DNA of 55,152 nt from an uncultured virus (IMG/VR IMGVR_UViG_3300046804_005083). Its lineage: Duplodnaviria; Heunggongvirae; Uroviricota; Caudoviricetes. How positions within the stretch are numbered: the stretch's first letter is position 1; each line of letters starts with the position of its first letter. The notes under the pieces are model-generated. The model worked only from the letters and a program-made list of their open reading frames with translations. It was not told where the DNA came from and did not search any database. Made by a program: the position numbers and the translations under genes. This document shows, one piece after another, positions 49,017 to 55,152 of the stretch. The DNA lies in IMG/VR virus record IMGVR_UViG_3300046804_005083, positions 62,001 to 117,152 of that record; one strand, 5' to 3'.

Positions 49017-49994
49017 ATGATTAACTTTGTAAAACTTGCATTAGAGAATGGTGGAGTTATTAAACCACTTCTTATTAATTCACAAGATCTTTCAGGACCA
49101 TCACTGACAAATCCATCAGTTCTTGTAGTAGATGGGAAAATTATAGTTAATATTAGAAATGTAAATTATACTTTATATCACTCAGAACTCAACAAGTTTG
49201 AGCATATGTGGGGTCCTTTGTCATATATTCATCCAGAGAATGATATGCATCTCAGAACTGCAAATTATATTGCAGAACTAGATGAAAACTTGGATATTGT
49301 TCACTATTCAAAAATAGATACATCAAAGTTTGATACTTATCAACCACAATGGGAATTTGTTGGGTTGGAAGATGTTCGTCTCATTAACTGGAACAATAAA
49401 ATTTATGGAATAGGTGTCAGAAGAGACTTAGACACTATTGGGACTGGAAGAATGGAAATTTCAGAACTAGAATTTAATGAAAATTCTGTTAAGGAAGTTT
49501 CTAGATATCGTATTCCTGGACCACCACCAGATAATGAATACTGTATGAAAAATTGCACTCCAATTGAAGGAATGCCATTTCATCTTTTAAAGTGGACCAA
49601 TCCGACTTGCTTAATGGAATTTTTTCCAGAAGGAAAAGAAAGTCAGGCATTTGAAACAACAAAACATAATTCAAAAGCAAATGATATGAGAGGTGGTTCT
49701 CAAGTCATTCGTTATAAAGATGGTTATCTGACTCTAATTCACGAAACAGATTTATATAATTCAGAACAAGGAAATAAAAATGCAACCTATCGTCATAGAT
49801 TCGTATTATGGGACAAAGATTTTAAGAATCAAAGATTTTCTAAGTTATTTTCTTTCTTAAATATGAAAATTGAATTCTGCTGTGGAATTGCAGAATATCA
49901 AGATGATTATCTAATTACATTTGGAGCACAAGACAACACAGCATATATTCTCAAAGTATCAAAATCTTTTGTGGAGGACTTTATCAATGAATGA
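49017..49994 (+). CDS. Five-bladed beta-propeller glycosidase/phosphorylase-like protein (GH130/GH43-like)
   Basis: TNPSV, GLEDVRL, KNCTP, RGGSQ, YRHRFV, IEFCCG, ITFGAQD. Confidence 0.65.
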   Translation: MINFVKLALENGGVIKPLLINSQDLSGPSLTNPSVLVVDGKIIVNIRNVNYTLYHSELNKFEHMWGPLSYIHPENDMHLRTANYIAELDENLDIVHYSKIDTSKFDTYQPQWEFVGLEDVRLINWNNKIYGIGVRRDLDTIGTGRMEISELEFNENSVKEVSRYRIPGPPPDNEYCMKNCTPIEGMPFHLLKWTNPTCLMEFFPEGKESQAFETTKHNSKANDMRGGSQVIRYKDGYLTLIHETDLYNSEQGNKNATYRHRFVLWDKDFKNQRFSKLFSFLNMKIEFCCGIAEYQDDYLITFGAQDNTAYILKVSKSFVEDFINE

Positions 49995-51873
49995 ACTAAT
50001 TGATTTTTCATTAGACACTGAAAACGGCGAAAAGAATTTTAATCTTGCAGTTTGGTATGAGAGACAAGGGCATACTGCTCCAGCACATACTTATTACCTA
50101 AGAGCAGCAGAAAGAACAGAGGATAAAATTCTTGCCTATGCTGCACTTTTAAGAGCATCCTTTTGTTATCGTTCTCAAGGTTCAAGAGATGGAACTGAAA
50201 AGATTTTGTTGGAGAATGCGTTAGTGTTTCTTCCAGAAAGACCAGAAGCATATTATTTCCTTTCACTATTCTATGAAAGAAAAAAGGAATGGCAAAATTG
50301 TCATATCTATGCAAATCTTGGTTTAGAACAATACAAAAGAAAAGTTGAAAAGATTAATATTCCAGAATATCGTGGAAAATACGCACTTATCTTTCAAAAA
50401 GCAATTTCTGCTTGGTGGTGGGGAAGAGCAATGGAATCCAGAGAACTTCTTCATTCTCTTGTAGATAACTACTGGAATGAAATGGATGAGGGTCACAAAA
50501 ATTCAGTAGAAGATAATATCACTCGTTTAGGTTCTGGTCCAGAATCTCAAGCATTTCACACTTATACGAAGCAAGATCACTCAAATTTAAGATATAAATT
50601 TTCTGGTTCTTCAAATGTAGAAAGAAACTATTCTCAAGTTTATCAGGATATGTTCATTCTTTCTATGACAAATGGAAAGAAAAATGGAACTTTCTTGGAG
50701 ATTGGTGGAGCTGAACCATTTAAAGGAAATAATACAGCACTTCTTGAAAAAGATTTTGGATGGAGAGGAGTTTCAATTGAATATGATGAAAAGTTTATTG
50801 CAAACTATAGAATCAATAGAACCGCAAAACTTCTGCACGATGATGCCCTTACAGTTGATTATGAAAAACTTCTCAAAGATAATTTTGAAGGAAACGTAAT
50901 TGATTATCTTCAATTAGATATTGAACCAGCAAGAAATACTTACGAGTGTATGTTAAGAGTACCTTTTAATAAGTATAAGTTTGCTGTAATTACTTATGAA
51001 CATGATTACTACGTAGATATTACAAAGTCTTTCCGTGAAAAATCAAGAGAATTTTTGAGATCTAAAGGATATGTCTTAGTTGCTAATGATATTTCTCCTG
51101 ATGGCAAATCAAACTTTGAAGATTGGTGGGTTCATCCAGATTTAGTTGATGCCGATATTCTGCAGAAAATGCAACATGTGACAAATCATACTCAAGACTG
51201 TAGGGATTATATTTTTGCGAGGATCAATGATACTGAAAAAGTTGAAGGGACTAAAAAGATTGAAGAAATAAAAATCAATTTTTTTAACATTAACCAAAAC
51301 TCAAAATTAACTTCTTGGGCCGTAGATAATTTTTATGAAAATCCAGATGAAATTCGTAAATTTGCTTTAGAACAAGATTATATTGAAGGTGGTTTTGGTA
51401 GAGGATTTATTGGAAGAAGAACAGAAAAGCAATTTTTATTTCCAGGTCTTAAAGAGAGATTTGAAGAGATTATGGGAACAAGAATCACCGAATGGGAAAG
51501 TCATGGAATGAATGGTAGATTCCAAATTGCTTGGAGTGGAGAACCATTAGTTTATCATTGTGATAGTCAAAGATGGGCTGGAATGTTATATCTAACACCA
51601 GAAGCACCATATCAATGCGGCACTACTTTATATGCTCATAAAAAGACAAGAGCAAGAACTTACCACGACCAAGGATGGGATGTTTCTTGGAAAGATGTTC
51701 CTGGAGATCCGCACCTGGATAGAACACCTTGGGAACCAGTTGATGTTCTTGGAAATGTCTACAATAGACTTGTTATCTTTGATGCAAGTTGTATTCATTC
51801 TGCCTCAGAGTATTTTGGAACTGTAAAAGACAATGCGAGACTCTGGCAGATGTTTTTCTTTGATGCGGAGTAA
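49987..51873 (+). CDS. Fusion: TPR-like + FkbM methyltransferase + 2OG-Fe(II) oxygenase-like domain
   Basis: PERPEAYYFL; YSQVYQD..FLEIGG..NNTALLE..GWRGVSIE..IDYLQLDIEP; VDNFYENP..YHCD..YNRLVIF..IHSA. Confidence 0.8.
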   Translation: MNELIDFSLDTENGEKNFNLAVWYERQGHTAPAHTYYLRAAERTEDKILAYAALLRASFCYRSQGSRDGTEKILLENALVFLPERPEAYYFLSLFYERKKEWQNCHIYANLGLEQYKRKVEKINIPEYRGKYALIFQKAISAWWWGRAMESRELLHSLVDNYWNEMDEGHKNSVEDNITRLGSGPESQAFHTYTKQDHSNLRYKFSGSSNVERNYSQVYQDMFILSMTNGKKNGTFLEIGGAEPFKGNNTALLEKDFGWRGVSIEYDEKFIANYRINRTAKLLHDDALTVDYEKLLKDNFEGNVIDYLQLDIEPARNTYECMLRVPFNKYKFAVITYEHDYYVDITKSFREKSREFLRSKGYVLVANDISPDGKSNFEDWWVHPDLVDADILQKMQHVTNHTQDCRDYIFARINDTEKVEGTKKIEEIKINFFNINQNSKLTSWAVDNFYENPDEIRKFALEQDYIEGGFGRGFIGRRTEKQFLFPGLKERFEEIMGTRITEWESHGMNGRFQIAWSGEPLVYHCDSQRWAGMLYLTPEAPYQCGTTLYAHKKTRARTYHDQGWDVSWKDVPGDPHLDRTPWEPVDVLGNVYNRLVIFDASCIHSASEYFGTVKDNARLWQMFFFDAE

Positions 51874-51876
51874 AAA

Positions 51877-52500
51877 ATGAAGTATATTGAAGATTCTTTT
51901 ATTTTAAATTATACAGAAAGATTTTGGGCAAATATTGTTTCTCTTTCAGAAGAAACAATGCAATATTTGTGGGAAGAAATAAAGCAAGCAGAACAAAATC
52001 AAGTATCACACAAATCAAATCTTGCAGGCAATATTTCAAGTTCTTTATTGCTTTTTGACAATAATAAATTTATGTCAGAAAAATTAATTCCCGAAATTGT
52101 TGAAACTCAATACGATTATTATCAAGAAAAAATTCAAAAAGATTTAAATAATCCAGACCTTTCTGGGTATTGGGTTAATTTTCAGAAGAAACATGAATTT
52201 AATCCAATTCACAATCATGGAGGTGTGATTTCATTCGTAATTTGGATGAAAATTCCTTATAGTTGGGAAGATGAAATAAAAATTGATATTGTCAAGGACT
52301 CAAATACAAAAAATAATATTGGAAATTTTGTATTTGTTTATCCAAAAGACCATTATATTCATACAAATGAAATCACTATGAATCCTCAGATGGAAGGAAG
52401 AATGGCAATATTTCCATCATATTTCAATCATATGGTTTATCCATTCTATACGAGTGATGAATCCAGAATCTCAATATCAGGAAACGTTGAGTTTATGTGA
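51877..52500 (+). CDS. 2OG-Fe(II) oxygenase (cyanophage-type)
   Basis: WVNFQKKHEFNPIHNHGG..SFVIW..IFPS..HMVYPF..RISISGN. Confidence 0.8.
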   Translation: MKYIEDSFILNYTERFWANIVSLSEETMQYLWEEIKQAEQNQVSHKSNLAGNISSSLLLFDNNKFMSEKLIPEIVETQYDYYQEKIQKDLNNPDLSGYWVNFQKKHEFNPIHNHGGVISFVIWMKIPYSWEDEIKIDIVKDSNTKNNIGNFVFVYPKDHYIHTNEITMNPQMEGRMAIFPSYFNHMVYPFYTSDESRISISGNVEFM

Positions 52501-52521
52501 CACTTTTAAAACTGTCCACTG

Positions 52522-52549
52522 ACCTTCCAGAATTGCTCTGGAAGGTTTT
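52522..52549 (+). terminator. Perfect 10-bp hairpin with short T tail at end of late island
   Basis: ACCTTCCAGA-ATTGC-TCTGGAAGGT-TTT. Confidence 0.55.
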
Positions 52550-52575
52550 ATAGTATCTTCAGTCGCAAAGAGACC

Positions 52576-52677
52576 TTGTACTCTAACCTAGACCGATTGC
52601 TTTTTGTTGGAAGTTTAATCTGGGTGATTCACTGGTCAACAAAAGTTACTCAAGTTGTTTTGAATTTGATGTTCTAA
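52576..52677 (+). CDS. 33-aa hydrophobic peptide
   Basis: TTG start, MYSNLDRLLFVGSLIWVIHWSTKVTQVVLNLMF; TAATG overlap with next gene. Confidence 0.45.
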   Translation: MYSNLDRLLFVGSLIWVIHWSTKVTQVVLNLMF

Positions 52678-53099
52678 TGTTAGAACTCTATACATCAGGT
52701 TATGGATACTCTCAGAGACGTTGCAGAGATGCTGTAGGGTGGTTCATTAGCAAATACCTTCCCAGACATCACATTACCCTTGAAGTCCTTCACAGGGGTC
52801 TTAGAAGGGAAGGTGTGATTGGATGGTGTGATGTTTCAGGTAGAACTTACAATCCCAGAGAATTTCTAATTGAACTTCAAGTTGGGATGAATCATGAGCA
52901 GTATCTCACTACCCTCTTTCATGAACTTTGGCATCTTTATCAATTTGTTAAAGGTGATTTGAAATTCAGGTCTTCTAAAAAATACTATAAAGGTATTTGT
53001 ATGGAGGACATTGAATATTCAAAACAAGGACATGAGAAAGAAGCATACCAAATGGAATCAAAACTCTTTAATGAGTATATCAGTTTCCTGACTGCTTGA
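52677..53099 (+). CDS. Zincin-like metallopeptidase domain protein
   Basis: TLFHELWHLYQ (HExxH) and EKEAY. Confidence 0.72.
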   Translation: MLELYTSGYGYSQRRCRDAVGWFISKYLPRHHITLEVLHRGLRREGVIGWCDVSGRTYNPREFLIELQVGMNHEQYLTTLFHELWHLYQFVKGDLKFRSSKKYYKGICMEDIEYSKQGHEKEAYQMESKLFNEYISFLTA

Positions 53100-53124
53100 C
53101 AACCCTCTTCAATCTCTGTACAAT
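53096..53124 (+). promoter_or_regulatory. Sigma70-type early promoter
   Basis: TTGACA-17 bp-TACAAT. Confidence 0.75.
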
Positions 53125-53192
53125 TACCTTTGTTGGGGTTGAAAAGATTAATTTTAAGATCTTTAAGACCTTCAGTAAACTCTAAAACAACT

Positions 53193-53393
53193 ATGAATAC
53201 CAAGTCTGAATTTATTTGCATTCAACCAAAAAATGAAAAATCTAAAGATATTTTTACTGATTATTTTAAGAAACTTCATTCATGTAAAATTATTCAAAAG
53301 AATGGTGATAAAGTTTATCTGAAATCAATCGCAGGAGAATATTACTTCTGGGTCAATAAGGATAATGATGAATATTGGGAGATTGTTAAATGA
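53193..53393 (+). CDS. Hypothetical protein
   Basis: Start reassigned to MNTKSEFICIQPK; ATGA overlap with rlpA. Confidence 0.65.
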   Translation: MNTKSEFICIQPKNEKSKDIFTDYFKKLHSCKIIQKNGDKVYLKSIAGEYYFWVNKDNDEYWEIVK

Positions 53394-53701
53394 TTGGATT
53401 GATTGCTGGACTTACTTGTGGACTTGCTACATTTTACGGAGTAGGTGATGGATTTCATGGTCAAACCACTGCAAATGGAGAACGATTTGATGCTTATCGT
53501 TGGACTGCTGCTCACCCTTACTTACCTATGGGAACTAAAATTAGAGTTACAAATCAAGACAATCTTAAACAAGTAATTGTTCGTGTCAATGATCGTGGTC
53601 CATATTCTCATGCAGATCTTGATCTTTCTTATGCTGCATTTGCTCAGATTGCATCAACACGCAAAGGAAATGCTGTTGTTTGTTGGAGAGTGGTAGGATG
53701 A
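53390..53701 (+). CDS. rlpA: RlpA-like double-psi beta-barrel lytic transglycosylase
   Basis: GLATFYG..FHGQTTANGE..TAAHPYLPMGT..VRVNDRGPY..DLSYAAF. Confidence 0.9.
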   Translation: MIGLIAGLTCGLATFYGVGDGFHGQTTANGERFDAYRWTAAHPYLPMGTKIRVTNQDNLKQVIVRVNDRGPYSHADLDLSYAAFAQIASTRKGNAVVCWRVVG

Positions 53702-53826
53702 CAACACCATCAAAACCTTTAATCTTCCTATTTGTATCATTAGTACTTCTTGATCTGGTATTGATTGGTGCTATACTGATTCACGGAAAAGTAAACTTTG
53801 TTGAACTATTCAAACATCTTTCTTGA
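53698..53826 (+). CDS. Small membrane protein (42 aa)
   Basis: Hand-translated MTTPSKPLIFLFVSLVLLDLVLIGAILIHGK..; ATGA overlap. Confidence 0.55.
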   Translation: MTTPSKPLIFLFVSLVLLDLVLIGAILIHGKVNFVELFKHLS

Positions 53827-53827
53827 T

Positions 53828-54208
53828 ATGAAAAAACTTCTTGCTCTTGCTGCAATTCTTTGCACGTCTCCTGTATTCGCACAAACTACTACTGTTAAAA
53901 AAGAGTATCGTCCATTTACCTATGAGACTGCCTGTGCCCTTGAAGGTAAAACAGAATTTCAAATGGATGAGTGTAAAGTTGTGGAAACCCGTGAGTCTGG
54001 TGGAGCACTTCGGTCTCGTGCAATCTTCTCTAATCGGTTTGGATTGACGATTAAATCCTATTTTGACAAAGAAAAAGGATTTATGACTTGGGATAGTCAC
54101 AATAAGTTTGCATACAAGTGGGAATATAAAGTTGGTGGTGTTGATGGTCTTGGAGCATGGACAGTAGTGATGCCAGGATTCTATTTACAAAACGTAAGTT
54201 GGGATTGA
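53828..54208 (+). CDS. Hypothetical exported protein
   Basis: Start reassigned to MKKLLALAAILCTSPVFA signal peptide. Confidence 0.7.
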   Translation: MKKLLALAAILCTSPVFAQTTTVKKEYRPFTYETACALEGKTEFQMDECKVVETRESGGALRSRAIFSNRFGLTIKSYFDKEKGFMTWDSHNKFAYKWEYKVGGVDGLGAWTVVMPGFYLQNVSWD

Positions 54209-54236
54209 TTAAATAGTAATAGAATAGAGGAGAACT

Positions 54237-54407
54237 ATGGTTGTTCTATTTGCTTCAACCATTATTTCTTGCAGTGATGCCTTCAGTATCATTCATCGTG
54301 TTACTAAAGTTGTTGGACTAACAGATCTTCAAAAAACAGAGATAGTCCAAGAAATTCGCAAAACTATTCCTTTTTGTCCTGTAATTGTTAAACCAAATGC
54401 AAAATGA
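54237..54407 (+). CDS. Small hypothetical protein (56 aa)
   Basis: GAGGAG SD; MVVLFASTIISCSDAF...IPFCPVIVKPNAK. Confidence 0.65.
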   Translation: MVVLFASTIISCSDAFSIIHRVTKVVGLTDLQKTEIVQEIRKTIPFCPVIVKPNAK

Positions 54408-54570
54408 AACCTACGAAAGTAAATGGAACCGTGGGCTAGATTTGTTTATTGAAAGTGTTCATAAACCTGATCACGAACTTCGCCAAATTGCACACGAAAG
54501 TAAGTGCTTTAATGAACTGATGACAGTTCGTGATGATGTATTGGAATATCTTAAATCACTGAGAAAATGA
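54397..54570 (+). CDS. Small hypothetical protein
   Basis: MQNETYESKWNRGLDLFIESVHKPD...; overlaps neighbours. Confidence 0.65.
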   Translation: MQNETYESKWNRGLDLFIESVHKPDHELRQIAHESKCFNELMTVRDDVLEYLKSLRK

Positions 54571-54809
54571 ATCCATATTACGTGTATTTGATTATATTTT
54601 TTTGTATTGCATATTTGATCATTACCGATCAGTCAGTTGCAAAGGGGTTTTATATGTTGACCCAACTTGCAAGAGTTCAATACGAAAAGATAAAATGGTG
54701 GATTCTTTATAATCCAGCAAATCCAATTATAAAGTATTTGATGTGGAGACGTTCTATGAAGATTGCTAAAGAACTAATGAATGAACTTGCATCAAAGGAT
54801 AAAAACTGA
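54567..54809 (+). CDS. Small membrane-anchored hypothetical protein
   Basis: N-terminal hydrophobic helix; ATGA overlap. Confidence 0.65.
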   Translation: MNPYYVYLIIFFCIAYLIITDQSVAKGFYMLTQLARVQYEKIKWWILYNPANPIIKYLMWRRSMKIAKELMNELASKDKN

Positions 54810-54841
54810 TAAAATAGTTAATGTGATTGAGGATTAAACTC

Positions 54842-55069
54842 ATGTCCCGCACTTATCGCAATCTTAACGGCATCAATAAATGTGCTCTTCGCAACCCGAA
54901 GACTGCAAACGAACGTAAAAATCTCATTGGTTTACTGCAAGACAACTATGTTGAAGAGTATGAAATCTCTGGTCTAAATCATCTTCATCATCGTCTTTCT
55001 AACTGTCCAACAGCAAACTATGATAAGGTAGTAAGTGGATACTATCAGGAGGACTATAAGGTATCCTAA
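54842..55069 (+). CDS. Small hypothetical protein
   Basis: GAGG SD; MSRTYRN..ALRNPKTANE. Confidence 0.65.
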   Translation: MSRTYRNLNGINKCALRNPKTANERKNLIGLLQDNYVEEYEISGLNHLHHRLSNCPTANYDKVVSGYYQEDYKVS

Positions 55070-55093
55070 ATATCACTATATTTCAATAATGCG

Positions 55094-55152
55094 ATGCTTT
55101 CTACTCAGTATAGACTAAAGCTTGAGGGAATTTGTAATAAAATTGTATCGGG
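55094..55152 (+). CDS. Hypothetical protein, truncated by window end
   Basis: MLSTQYRLKLEGICNKIVS open to end. Confidence 0.5.
   Translation, partial: MLSTQYRLKLEGICNKIVS

Overview
AT-rich fragment of a T4-like cyanomyovirus (Kyanoviridae-type; identified from gp2/gp4/gp26/gp51/gp5 homologues, a CP12 gene and repeated NATAAATA late-promoter motifs). Layout: (1) 1-15.9 kb baseplate/tail-tube module with two large muralytic tape-measure-like proteins and CP12; (2) 15.9-18.1 kb early-type islet with small ORFs, an amber-interrupted HNH endonuclease, tRNA-Leu(UAA), tRNA-Thr(UGU) and a Mom-like DNA modifier; (3) 18.2-33.5 kb large structural/fibre genes; (4) 33.5-52.5 kb accessory island in which collagen-like fibres and two Kelch-like multi-propeller proteins are interleaved with glycosyltransferases, FkbM methyltransferases, a sulfotransferase, several 2OG-Fe(II) oxygenases and a glycosidase-like protein; (5) 52.5-55.2 kb small early genes including RlpA. 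Best novelty candidate: the 42 propeller blades have a near-invariant framework and two hypervariable loops, with identical DNA cassettes reappearing in different blades and genes, plus a scar of a third deleted paralogue. This suggests a recombination-shuffled adhesin repertoire with no reverse transcriptase in the window, sitting beside a fibre-decoration enzyme set. A -1 slippery site that would fuse gp26 to gp51 is also present. All family calls come from motif recognition by eye; no searches were run.
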